A DNA stretch of 63,968 nt, filler included, from Saprolegnia diclina VS20 (GCF_000281045.1; 6 parts of 2 records of this genome joined end to end with filler, not necessarily neighbours in it), one strand, 5' to 3'. Counted from the whole stretch's first letter, positions 23,966-36,602 are shown. Program-made: numbers and translations. The notes: generated from the letters alone by a model not told the origin.

Positions 23966-26308
23966 TTACGGCTTGAGAGCTGCCATGGACGTGAGCATCG
24001 ACATCATAATCGAGTTGACGCCAAACGGCGCGGGCGGCGGGCCACCTACAGACATCTCAGCGTGTCGACACCACGTGCAGTGGCGATCGATACCCATGGC
24101 GGCGGCAAAGGCGTCGTGGAGGTCGTCGTCCGAGAGCTGGAGGAGCTTTCCAACAACAATGGCATCCCGGAGCAAGTTGGTCACGGCCGTCTTGGCCTCG
24201 TCACGCGCCCCGTCGTCGGTCTCTTCTACGTACATACATCTACTGCTGTCTCCATGGTGCATCCGAGTAGAAACCGGCAAGACTCGCGTCGGCTACGACG
24301 GGCGCGGCTGCAGGCTGTTGCTTGGCGGCTTGCACGACGCGCACCGCGTCACAGCTAAAAATGCCTCACACCACTACGCCAAGGTGCAGACGTACCATGG
24401 CGCGTCCGAGTAGCCAAGGACAAAGTCGGCAGCTTCTTCGCTCAAGTCGACAAAGGTGGTGTCGGTCGGAATCGCAAAGCCCACGTCCGCGTTCAAGAGC
24501 GAGAGCGCGTTGGCGTTGCCGCCAGCGACGAGCGCGACGACCTCGCCGAGGTCCTGGAGCGTCTCGACCAGCAGATCGATCTGGCTGGGCGACCCGCCCT
24601 CGATGACGACACACGGGTGCTCGAGCAAGAGCAGTTTCCACTCGGTGAACGTGTTGGCAATCGAGATCGCACTCGCATCCACCACTTTGGGGGACAGCGA
24701 GTAGCTCTTGTCACTCGTCACGTCCTTGATCGTCATCTTGACCCGCGAGACGGAGGTAAACCGTCCCGAGGACGCCACGTGACGCGGCGACGACACGCCA
24801 CTGACGTCATGATCGTCTGACGACGTGCGACGGGACCGAACGCTGAGGCTCGAGACGTCCCGAGCCGGCTCTACATAAAGTCGTCATTTTGTATATACAC
24901 GGAATGCAAGGTCCGGCAACACACCCGTGACGACGTACAAGTTGACGTCGACGGCTTGGCAGTGCGACGCCAGCGTCACCAGGTCGGGCTGCGCGTGGTC
25001 GACTAGGCCAAGCGCGCCGAGGTACACCATGTTCTCCGTCGGAAAGTCCATATTGGCAATGTCAAACGTGCACCCGACGGGGTACGTGGCGGGGTCGAGG
25101 TAGAGCTCAGCGACACCGACGACGACCTCGCCCTTGCTCTCGAGGCCCTCGACCATCGCAGTGACGTTCTGCAAATCGGTCGTGTCAAGCGGCAAGAGCT
25201 CGGCGTTGGCCTTGCGCACCTTGCCGCAGCGCGAGAGGACTTCCCGCGCCGGCCCCAAGAGGACCACGATGTGAGCGCTGCACTCGCGATCAAAGTGCAC
25301 GTAGACGGCGCACCCGCTCACCGATCCGGCGGTCGACGCCGAGAAGCGCGACGTCGCTGGGTCGTGAAACCGGTCGCAGAAGCGACTGATCGCGGCTTGG
25401 TCGCGCGAGAGCTCATCGGGTGAGTGGCGACAGGCGGCAAGCGCGCGGACCATGGCACTGGCGTCGGCGTTGGCCTTGAAGGTCGAGAGAAGGTATGATG
25501 CCACCGCGGCCTCTGTGTCATCAGCTGTGCTCTCCGAGAGCGTGAGCCCGGCGTCGGTGGCCGTCACGAGCGCCGGCAGGTTGGTGCCGAACGAGACCGT
25601 CACGACGGTCCGCGCAATCACACACTTGTGGGCGACGACGACTGCCGAGATATTGGGGAGCGAAGACGGCAGCGACGGGTCGTGCTTAGACGCGACGCCG
25701 AGGCTCTTGATGTCGTCGAGCAGCTTTGTATTCGTCGTCAGCGGGCGTTGGCCTTCTTGCGAGAGAACCGTGTGCGAGATGACACCGAGGACGGTCTCGG
25801 CGCCGATGCGAACGACGATGCCCTTCCCGCTGCCCTGCGTCACGCTCGTGCCATAGAAGAGCATGTTGGGCGCTTGCATGTACGGAAGACTCACACCCGG
25901 CGAGTCAAAGACCGAGGCCACGCTGGCCACGCGCGGCAGGAGGGACGCGTCGCCGTTGAGCGCGTCGTGCGAGACCCAGAGATCCTCGGCCTCGACGAGA
26001 CGGATATCGGCTGGCACGCACTGCCCCGCCTTGATGGCTACGACGTCACCGGGCACAAGGTTCTCGGCGCGCGTGTGAATCCAGTTCCCGTCACGGACCA
26101 CGGCCACGAGCTCGTGGATGGCGCCGTGGCCAGCATCGGCGTCCGTCGGCAGTAAGTTGGGTGAGTTCGACAGGCTCGCCTGGAGCTCGGCGAGGTACCC
26201 GGACAAGAGACCGGTAGCAACGTTTGTGCGGAAGCGGACCTCGAGGGCCGCGATGTCGAGGAGGTGCTCGTCCATGGCCCGGCGCGGACTCGTGCTGATG
26301 CGGCCCAT
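23966..26308 (-). CDS. Transmembrane-less, catalytically degenerate Na+/K+ (P2C)-ATPase-like protein; about 5 exons
   Basis: P2C-like N-terminus MDEHLLDI...TGL...SPNLLPT; A domain VVRDG..AENLVPGDVVAIKAGQCVPADIRL and FYGTSVTQGSGKGIVVRIG.ETVLG; N domain YPVGCTFDIANMDFPTENMVYLG; P-domain SPSQIDLLVETLQDLGEVVA...ADVGFAI...SEEAADFVL. GT-AG introns (e.g. 24871-24924) keep the frame open. Confidence 0.8.
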
Positions 26309-26503
26309 GATGATCGCCGAGGGCGGCAGACTATTTTTATACTGCTACGTCAATGCAATCTTGGGTTTTGTATGTTGCAGCGTGAAACTTTAATTGTGAC
26401 AACGGCGCAAGGCCATTGGGCGAAAGATCGCGAGCGATTCTTTCGACGATCCTCGACCGCGGCTGCTGCAATCACAAGCCCTCAAGCTCCTGGAGTGCGA
26501 CGG

Positions 26504-26773
26504 ACGTAGCACACGCCGTGCACCCAGCTGCTCGGTTGCAAGCGGATCACCCATCTCTGCACTCTTTTGCTGCACGCCGAACCGCCGCTGGCGGCACTAC
26601 GCGACCAAAGGTTGAACCGAGTGTGCGAAGGACCGCGCGAAGCGGGCGGTGACTACTACGTTCAACCGTTGGTCGCGTTGTGCCGCCAGCGGCCGTTCGG
26701 CGTGCAGCAACAGAGTGCAGAGATGGGTGATCCGCTTGCAACCGAACAGCTGGGCGCACGGCGTGTGCTACGT
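26504..26773. repeat. Long inverted repeat: 114-bp arms (26504-26617, 26660-26773) with a 42-nt loop
   Basis: Manual alignment of the arms gives 108/114 identity with no indels. Confidence 0.95.
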
Positions 26774-27047
26774 GGACGAGCCCGCTTGGAGCACGTGTAC
26801 TGACAACACGAATTCAGCGATCGATGCGGCCAAGCGGCCATCAGCGCTTTGTCTTGTATGGTAGAGTCGCGTCACTTCCTACGACGCCAGCGTACCCAGC
26901 ATGAGCGCTACCCTTCAGGCTGCCTATCGTCATCGTCATGGGATGTCCGTCCGGATACGCGACACCAGTCCGTCGGAAAGTGTCCCAAAATTATTGAAAT
27001 GGGGACAGCGCCGCGTGCGTCAGTTTGCAGCTTGCCGCACGCCTAGT

Positions 27048-27359
27048 ATGGAGCACGTGGTCTTGTTCAAGTGGAAGGAGGACGCGTCCGAAGACGCGAT
27101 CGCGGCCATCGGCGCCGGGCTCATCGCGATGCGCGACAAGATCCCGGGCGTCGTCGACCTCGCGTACGGCCAAGACTTTACCATCAACCGCGCCAAGGGC
27201 TTCACGCACATGCTCATCGTGCGCCTCACGGGCCGCGACATGCTTCCGGGCTACGCCGAGCACCCCGAGCACCAAAAGGTCCTCGTCAAGATCCGCGAGA
27301 TCGCCGCCGACATTATGGCCATGGACTTTGAGAGCCCGCGCTTCGCGCCGTCCGCTTAG
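27048..27359 (+). CDS. Dabb (stress-responsive A/B barrel) protein, 103 aa
   Basis: MEHVVLFKWK, IPGVVDLAYG, AKGFTH, YAEHPEH are typical Dabb motifs. Confidence 0.9.
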   Translation: MEHVVLFKWKEDASEDAIAAIGAGLIAMRDKIPGVVDLAYGQDFTINRAKGFTHMLIVRLTGRDMLPGYAEHPEHQKVLVKIREIAADIMAMDFESPRFAPSA

Positions 27360-27448
27360 ATGGAACATGGTGCCATTTCAATTCACAATTTTTGCCCTTG
27401 CTCGAGGTATTGCTTGCGCTACAAAACCCGAGAGTTCACCAACTACAA

Positions 27449-27565
27449 TTGTAGTTGATGACAAAGCTTCAAGTCGACAGCCAAAACTGTAGTCGATGGC
27501 CAAAAGTTTTAGTCGATAGCCAAAAAAAATAGTCACAGCAGCGAATTGTAGTCGATAGCCAAAAA
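27449..27565. repeat. Degenerate minisatellite, core TAGTCGATAGCCAAAA, 4-5 copies
   Basis: Visible repeats agtcgacagccaaaa, tagtcgatggccaaaa and tagtcgatagccaaaa (twice). Confidence 0.7.
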
Positions 27566-27776
27566 TGATGTCTATGGTTCAAGCCTGGTGCATTGTATCT
27601 CGGTAGACGAGCGCTCAAGGGCCTTCTCGTCGGCTTCGACTAAGTGCAAGTATGCAGACGGTTGAGAGCAAGGTTCACCTCCATCGTGACGGCGCAGGAG
27701 AACGCCTGTCCTTCTTTTCTCGAAACCCTCGATAACCTTCGAAATTTCCCGCCCTTTTACCCGGCGCCACTTGCAA

Positions 27777-29206
27777 ATGGGCCTCCAAAAGAACTTTGCG
27801 GACCTCAAAGCGTCGTTCAAGCGGCCGTCGAAGGGCAACGAACCCAAGCTCTCGGCGGCCGAGTACGAGCGGCTCCGGCTCGAGCTCGAGGATATCTTGA
27901 CCTTGTACGAGCCGTCGCAGATTGGCACGGCGGCAAACCTGCTCAGGCACTACGACGGCCTCGAAGCCGAGCTCGTCGAGTGCTACCGGTCCTACTACTA
28001 TAAAGAGTCGCACGACGACGACCATCCCAACCAAATCGCACCTCCGACATACTGCAGCGGCAACAACGACCTCGAGGACCGCAAGTCGCGCTTTGCGACG
28101 GCAGCGGCACTCCGGAAGCGTCTCTCGCTCGCGACGCCATCATTGTCGTCACTGGTGCCGTCCAAACTCCGCTCGCGAAGCGCCAAGGCCCACAAGCCGT
28201 CAAGCGCAACTAAGATGGAGAGCATCCGCGGCCCCGACGTCTGGCCCGAAACGTCCCCACCCAAGCCAGGTACATGCAGCCACTTAAGTCCTTCCAGCAT
28301 CCCATCAATGCTCTAGCGGGCGTCCCTGCGCACGGCTTCCGTCTGCCAAAGAAGTCGACACTCGTCGACTTGCTTCAGAAGTACGGGACCCTAGCCCTGC
28401 CCCACCCCTAACCACTTTTTCTAGAGTCAAGCTGTCTCGTGACGCAACGCAGCTGTACATGGCGGCTACCCCCGACACGTAGATTCATAGTGTGTAGGCT
28501 GGAGGCCGACGCGGCGCCGCTGCAAGCAACGACCATGTCCTTCCCGGCCCGGTGCTTGGACACGGGCGAGGACTACTTTATGGACGAAGTCAACCACGAG
28601 GTATGGAGGAGCCATGCTGGTACATATATATGTATGCCTGACGACTCGGACAGGTGCTGGCGCGGCAAAAGGATGTACAGTACAGCAAGCGCAAGAGCTT
28701 CCGCGATAAGGTTGTTGTGTTTCTGCAGCAGTACGACATGGCCGCGGTCGACTCGGTCGACTCGCTGCTTGCGTACGGCGGCAAGACCAACGACGAGATC
28801 TGGGACGATCTGCAAGTGCGTTCGCCGACGCTCCTGTCGCCGACGACGTTGTACATGTAGTTGATATTCATCTAGTTTTGTGTATAGATCCAATACAAAG
28901 TGAACCAGCGATCGCGGCTTCTCCAGTTGTTTCAGACGTACGACCCTGCGCATGTGGCCGACGTGGACGCGCTGTTGACGGAATATGCTGCCAACGTACG
29001 TCGAGATTGTGATTCTCTCGAATCGGATTGTGAATTTCTCGAATCGAATTGTGGAATTCTCTTGTCTAACGTAGGTGGAAGACATGATTGCGTTCTACAA
29101 GGCCAAGTTTGCCGATCAGAAGAGCAAGGTCGTCAAGCGCAGTGATCCGTGCACGTGGACACCTGGCGAACCCAACTCGTATCAGCTTCTCCCGACAGGC
29201 AACTAG
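27777..29206 (+). CDS. Hypothetical multi-exon protein with three 'L..Y(D/E)P....VD.LL..Y'-type repeats
   Basis: Spliceable exons encoding ILTLYEPSQIGTAANLLRHYDG, FLQQYDMAAVDSVDSLLAYGG and LFQTYDPAHVADVDALLTEY; stop TAG at 29204-29206. Confidence 0.62.
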
Positions 29207-29884
29207 ACGGGCAAAAAATGTACTTACTGTAATGTAAAATGGTGAATTGGAAAAGGACAAAAGAAGGGAATGCTGCACGAGGCAAAGAAGAGATTGTGCA
29301 AACAGATATATCCTGGACAAGTTGTGCACGTCCTATTGGCGTACTAGTAGTGTTCGCACCCGGTGGCACAACTTCTTATGTTGCCATTCGAGGCAAAAAT
29401 TCACCAAACAGCAAAATTTCATACGTATATTTTGTCCATCTTATAAAGAAAACATTTCAAAATTAGTGGTCGTGAGATCGGCGCGTGGCTTTGCCTGCGT
29501 TGGAAGTGCGTGATTCAGTTGCACCCGCAGTGTTTCGAGTCGGTGCGACGTCCGCAGCGCTTGGTTGGTGGTACTTGAGCGACCACTGCCACCGCCTTGA
29601 ACCTAAAATCGAACTGCGAGTCAACAGCGACAATGGCCCGGCAGAGCTCGGTGGCGTCGGTGCCACCAAATGTGCACGGAACGTAGACTGTATCAAGTTT
29701 ATTAACACGTATTCTCGTACTTTTCTAGTCATTTTTCGTATTGCATTGTGCAATTCGGTTGCTTGTCGTCTGCGCCGAAATGGCAATCGTCAATTTGGGT
29801 TGCGTGTTTCCAGTCTTTCCTTGCTTTCGGCAGCAATAAAGCTTCAGATTTGACATTGGCGTAAAACACCCAACGCGATCTTTG

Positions 29885-32800
29885 ATGGCGAGCGGACGGG
29901 CCAAGCTCACGCTGGAGCGCGTGCTGGGCACGACCGCGCATGGCAACGCGAGCATGAGCGTGAGCAGCGTGAGCGGCGAGATTGCGTACGCGGCCGGCTG
30001 CGTCGTCGTCATGTACAACTTTCGCCGGGACAAGCAGACGCGCTACTACCGCGTCGAGAAGCCGGTCTCGGCGCTCGCCTTCTCGGGCGACGGCCGTCTC
30101 CTCGCGATTGCCGAGAAGGGCCATGCACCGGCGATCACCGTCTGGGACGTGACCACCGGGCAGCTGCGCGCCGACCTCAAGCGCCATACGCACGGCGTGG
30201 CGGCGGTCGCTCTGTCCACGGACGGCCGCCTCCTCCTCTCGGCCGGCCTCGTCCACGACAAGATGCTGTACGCATGGGATACGGCGACGCAGACGCTGCT
30301 CGGCGCAGCGGTGCTCTCGACCAAGATCCACGGCCTCGACTACAGCGTATGCGGCCGCGCATTCGTGTCGGTCGGGGATGCCCACGTCACGGTACCTACT
30401 TCATACCCTCATCCAAGCTCATGCAAGACATATAGTTTTGGCGCCTCGATAGCAACGACCGCCTCGAAACGAGTGGCCAGCTCCTCCCGGATGGGCTCGC
30501 CGAACTACGTCCGACGCCAGCGACCATGTCCCGACTGGGCGACGCTGCTTTTGTCGGCGTCAGCTGCAGCGACACCAAGACGTTTGGCGTCACGCGCTGC
30601 GGGTTTCTGTGCTGCTTTGGCGGCACGACCATGGAGCGGCTCGTGTCGATCGAAGCGGCGAGAGGCTTTGCGGTTTCGGTGACGACCGAGTTTGTCGCTG
30701 TCGGTGGCGCCTCGTCGATCGTCCGACTCTTCGACCCAATCACACTCGAATACAAGACGACGCTGCCGTTCCCGGCGCACTGCAGCGCGACACCGCTGAG
30801 CGACCACCTCCTACTGCCGCCGACACCGACGGCCTTTCCTGCCGTCGTCGCCGTGCGGTTGACTGGCGCGCACATTGCCATACTGTACGCCGACCGTGCG
30901 CTGTTGTTGCTCGAGATTCCGACGCGGACTGTGACGCGGTCGTTCTTGTTTCATAGCGGCCCGATCAACGGCGTCGCCGCGGTCGGGGCCGTGACCGGCC
31001 TCGACGCCCGGCAGCGCACCCAGTGGGCCGCCCCCGCGACGTCGGCAACGCACCCGATCCCAGACGGAACGTTTGCTACCGTCTCGGACGACCACACGTT
31101 GCGCCTATGGCACCTCGAGTACACCAAGAAGCACAAATTCCCACAGCCGTGGTGTCACGCCCACAGCAGCGACCTCGTCGCGTCGATTGTCGTCAGTGAC
31201 GCGCCCGTGTCGATCGCGTCCGAGTCGGTGCCCGATGTTCACACGCCTCGGGACTCGGTGGACGCAACGGGTGACACAGGGCTCCAGTGCCTCGCAGTCT
31301 ATGCGGCGTCCAAGATTGCGGTCGGCGACAAGCACGGGCACATTCATCGCATCGACTTGCAGTGGCCTCTCAAGCGACCGGCGCCGCTGCCGACGCCGCA
31401 CGCAAGCGCCGTCCTCTCGATCGCGTACGGTCCGCAAGGGCACTTGGCCTCGGGTGGACGGGACCGGCTCCTCCACGTTTACGCGCCGACGGGCGACCTT
31501 CTCAAGAAGCTGGAGAATCACTCGGGCGCGGTGCACTGCGTGCGCTTCTCGGACGACGGCAAGCGCATCGTGTCGGGCGGCGCCGACCACGCGATCGTGT
31601 TTACGCAGGTGACGGACGACCGGATCTTCCGCTACAACTCGATGACCGTCAATGGTGGCCGCCTCCACGACGTCGCTGTCCTTGGCAACGACCATATTCT
31701 CTCGGCCGTGCATGCGCGCGTCGACGTCCATACACTCGTCAGCAACAAACACGTTGCTTCGTACGCCCTCGGCGAACACCACCACATTGGCGTGACGCCC
31801 GGACCGTCCCTCGTCGCGCTCTCGGGCGCCACCGACAAGACGGTCTACGTTGTGGACTATGCGACAGGCGACGTCCTGACCAAGGCGGCGGGGCATGGTG
31901 ATGCCGTCACAGGCGTCCTCTTCACATTAGACGGGCGTCGCCTCATTTCGACGAGCGCTGACGGCTGCATCTTTGTGTGGCGTCTCTCGGATGACCTCCA
32001 AACACGCTACAAGGCGCAGCTACCTCTCGTGGCGGCGCCAGCAATGACCGTCGCCGACGCACCGCCCGTCATGCCACCTGTCCTTGCCATGCCGCCGCCC
32101 GCGCCTCCCGTGCCAGTGCGAACGACGCCGTCTGCGCCTGTTGTCGTTCTGGCACCGCCTGCACACGTCCCTACAAGCCCCGAAACAAAGGTTCCAACGC
32201 CAACCGAGATACCCGCCAAGACGTCAACCGAAATGGAGATCGTCGCAAAGTCGTGGCAAAACGGAAAGCAAGTCGTGCCGGGTCCGATGGCGCCGCTACC
32301 GATGGAAGACTGGATGAAGACGCGGGGGCCACCGCTACCACCCGTCGAGCTCACGCCGCCCAAGATCGCCGACGCGCCTTTGGACCGGGTCCCGGACTGG
32401 GCGCGGACGATCAAGCCGCTGTCATCAGACCCATCGCCCTTTGTCGTCGAGCCTCGAGGAAAGTGGGGCGCCGCCGGTGTTGTCGACAGCATCGCGGCCG
32501 TCGACTCGAGCTCCGACTCCGACTCGGAGGCTGGCGACGACAACGACGATGACACCAAGGACGGGATGGAGACCCAAACGCTGTACATTAAACAGTCGAG
32601 CGGTGCACTCCAGTCAGTCGACGTACCGATCAAGCGCTCAAGTGCGTCGGACGCTGAAATCGCCGAGCTCCTCGCGGCGGCGACGGCAGCCACGACGCTG
32701 GACCACGCGCGGGAGCTGCACTCGAAGCGCAAAATGCAGCGAGAGACTGCCCTCGCGGTTGCCGAGATGCAGTCGAAGCTCGGGCAGCTCGGAATTCTCA

Positions 32801-34409
32801 AGCAACGCAAGCCCGAGTACGAAAATGATAGCTTCACTGCTGGCTACCACGCCGAAGTCCACGGCGGCGGTCTCGGCCGGGTGACGACCGACGTCGACAG
32901 TAGCACCGTCGTCATGCAGTCGTTTGACGTTCCCTCGGTCGATGTCAAGGTGGTGCCACTGCCGAGTCCCCCGCCACCGATGGTACCTCGTGTCTCAATT
33001 AGCCTCGATATGACACCGACGGACGTGTCCTTGGGCCAATTTATTGCGGGACACAAGTTACAGCCAGAGCCCACGCCTTCGGTGGAAACGTCTCAGAGCA
33101 TTGACGTCACACCGGTCAACATGTCCTTAAGCCGGTTTCTGGACGGTGACGGACTGGTCATGACAGCCAGCGTTGATTTGACGCCAACTAACGCATCCCT
33201 GAGCACTTTTACTACCGGGTATCACATCCCGTCACCCGACATCCGCCGTGACGCAACCCCAGCGACCAGCGTGGATATGACGCCCACGGACGTGTCGCTG
33301 AGTGTCTTTACGACAGGGTACGCGCCCGAGGCTCAACCCTCGGTGCAGCCAAGCGTCTGCGACAGCATTGACGTGACGTCGTCACTCAGTCGCTACGTCA
33401 CGGGCTATGACGCAGCCCCGACAGCCGTCTCGACGAGCATTGACGTACGCAACGTGTCGCTGAGTACGTTTGTTGCGGGTCATGCACCAAGCACAGCGTC
33501 GGTCTCTCAGAGCCTCGAACCAACATCAACCTCCTTCAGTGCGTTCACGACGGGCTACAACCGCCGCAGTGTCGAAACGAGCGCGAGTCTGAACCTCAGC
33601 AACGTCTCTTGGAGTGCGTTTACCTCTGGGCACCAGCCGACCGACGTTGTTGCAGCCAGCATCGAGATACCGGTCAATATGTCGCTCAGCATATTCGTGG
33701 CTGGGCACCATCCGCTGTCGCCCAAAGCTCGCGCCGAGGTGATTGCCGACCCAGCGCCACCCGCAGCCGCCACGACATCATCTACCAGCAGCAGCATCGA
33801 CCTCACCAATGTCTCGCTCAGTCATTTCGTGCACGGACTCGACCTTAGTTCGTTGTTTCTCATCGTGACGCGAGAAGTAACAACTTCGGACTAGGCCTTG
33901 ATGGTGCTGCCACGCCGCTACGACCGCCGAGCCAAGCCTCCGTGTCGTCATCCAGTGAAAGCATCGACCTCACGAACGCATCACTGAGTCATTTCGTGCA
34001 CGGCCATGACGATCTTTTAAGTACGTCATTCGAAGCGTTCCTGCCGGATGAGATGGACGGCGCTCGTGTAGCTGGACCTTCCAGCGACGGTGTGAAGGAG
34101 TCGACCAGCAACGATTCGGGGAGCGCGGAAGTTATACCACCGTTCAACGACGTAATGCAGTGCGTCGACCCCACCTGTAAAGGATGCTGGACGAAGGCTT
34201 CTTGTAGGAACTTGCACGCCCAAGTCGGCGCAACTGTCGATGTCTTCGCCCACGTCGTTGCGGTCAACACGGCGGACAAGGAAGGTACCGTCGCCGTCAC
34301 GGCAACAGGCATCTTAGAGAACTTTTGCTGCTGCGTAGCCGCCGAGATCGCCGAGATGGCCCGGCTCCTCCAGCTCAAGATTGCAGCCTACGCTGCTCGC
34401 ACTACCTGA
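29885..34409 (+). CDS. WD40-repeat protein, WDR62/MAPKBP1-like, with long C-terminal repeat region; several introns
   Basis: LTLERVLGTT...IAYAAGCVVVMYN...VSALAFSGDGRLLAIAEKGHAPAITVWD, LASGGRDRLLHV, GHGDAVTGVLFTLDGRRLISTSADGCIFVWRL. First intron at about 30392-30435; 3' exons approximate. Confidence 0.85.
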
Positions 34410-34519
34410 AGACACTTTTGTCCCTCGCTTCGACCCTTGCGTTGGCATTGCATTTTTTCAATTTAACGCTGTATGGCGAACGAGGGTTGGGGTTGGTACA
34501 TGGCTCGTCAACGACGGAT

Positions 34520-35481
34520 TTAGGCTGCAAGCAGCGACTCGAAGAGCGACGTGAGACTGCGCAAGCCCGTGCAGAGGCCGTCGTCGCGCGTCGATACGTC
34601 CATTTGAATGTGCGCAAAGTCGATGAGCCGCACGTCGCAGCGCGTGCTGGGGGCCGCCGCATCATACACGAAGAGGAGTGAGCTGGCAATAAAGTGGTAG
34701 CGCTCGTTCGTGTCAAAGTACGTCTGGAGCGCGGCGAGATTGCCCAGAATCTGGTACGCACCAGATGTGAGCACGTTTACCAACGCACATGCGTACCTGG
34801 GGCACCACCGCATCGCGGATCTCGGGTGACGTGAAAAATGTGTCGAGCCCACCACGCACTTCGTCCAGCGTCTGGAGCGTCCGGCAGTGGTACTTGTCAT
34901 ATGATGTATACGCGTTTGCATCGACATCGTAGACCTTGATGGCTTGGAGGCGAAAGCCGACCGTCGCTTGGAGCGGAAACTTGCGGGACTCTTCCTCGAC
35001 CTTGGCTGCTGACGCGTTCGGCTCGTACGACTTGGTGCCCATCTTGATGTCCATGATGCACGGGTGCACCATGCCATGCAGCAAGTTCTCGAGCTGAATG
35101 TAGCCTACACTGTTCGTCAGTCTCATATCCGAGATGAGGTCGATGTACGGCGGCCAGCGAGCGTGACGTCACCGTCAAACGCGGGCAGGAAAGGGCGCAG
35201 CGCCACGTCGTTCTGCGCCACCACGTAAAAGGCCCACTCGCGCTCGCCGCGGTTCTTGCTCTGGAAGGGCTTGAGCAAGCGGCCATCGAGGAGCTTCATG
35301 CCTACGCCTGCGTGAGCGGCGGCGAATCTGGCGGCGTACTGGTCTGTTCGCAGGCGTGGCCGCCCACTTGGTGGGGCATGGCCTCGAGCGCCGGGCGGCG
35401 CGTGCGCTGGTAGAGGACAGCGGCCACGAGGCCGGCGCCCAGCGCGACCACGACCGCCGCAGTCGTCGCTCCGCTGGTCAT
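34520..35481 (-). CDS. Inositol polyphosphate kinase (IPMK/Ipk2-like) with N-terminal hydrophobic anchor; about 4 exons
   Basis: HQVGGH, LENL, PCIMDIKMG (PxxxDxKxG), SSLL and LIDFAH motifs. Confidence 0.88.
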
Positions 35482-36602
35482 CACTGCGAAATATGTGACA
35501 TGCTGCGAGTGTCTAAACACACGCAACATAAAACCGCAGCAACACCTTCCCAAATGCAAAGCCAAGCCGATGCAGGCAGACTGGCCGAATGAATGAGACA
35601 TGTCCGCGATCTCGTCGTCCGCCAAGATGACTATCCTCAAGATGACATATACGTGCATGCGTGATCCAATGGTTTGGCTTTGTACGAACTGCGCTCCGAG
35701 ATCCCAATCTTCCGCTCAGCAAGAAGGTCCAAATCTCGACCATCATCCCCATTTTGTGTGAAATTGACATGTACTCGGCGGTCCAAGCCACCAACGACAC
35801 CATTTTCAGCGCCATTGCGCTGCCACGATCGATCCCGCGCTATCAAGCCAAAGAACTCGACGCGCTCAGCTAAGCCGACAAAGACATTCGACCAAGTCCA
35901 TCCAATCTTCAAATTTAGTACGTCGAAGGCCGCAGCTTAGTCATCCAGCCAAAACTTGGAGAACCTCACGTAATATACCCCTGACAAGCGAGTGTGAATT
36001 GACGAGACGCTCATGGTGGGTCTTCTGTGACGTCATTGGGAATGTACGTGGCAAGCGTAAAAGCAAGGGGGTATGGTGTTGGCGCGATGGAGCGCTCGTC
36101 ATCTTGAAGTTGGCACCGTGCATCAACGTCTCGCCGGACACATGTGTTAGTTCCTAGTTCTTCTATTGTTCGATGGTTCTTGATGGCTCGACCCTTGACG
36201 CCGAATTTCGTGGTCATAGAGACGTCGCGGTATCTTGAGCAGCAGCTAAAATGACCAAGTCGAGACTCTTCCGAGGGCAGCAGCACATGTTTGGTGGTGG
36301 CCCTCTCGTGTCGGGCGACACTAGAAACGCGCATCACGTGAGCTCGTCATGGATGATGATTCGAGATATTAATTGCGTGGTTCGCCCAGATATGGAGCTC
36401 TTGGTTCATATATGTAAACCTAAACAGCAGCACCCGACCAGGCAAGGATGCGTCCCTTGCCTTGGGCGGGACGATTTGCTCCGATCATGGCAGTTTGAGC
36501 GCCAAGGGTCGCTCAACTAGCCAAGAAAATCTTCGAATTGTGTGTGTATTTTGCGACTAACTGGCGTGCATCTCATTGCGCAATTTCGCGTCTCGTGCTT
36601 GT

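Noticed and set aside
27449..27565. Repeat cluster as a CRISPR array
   Set aside because: Units are degenerate and nearly abutting, without unique spacers, and the context is eukaryotic.
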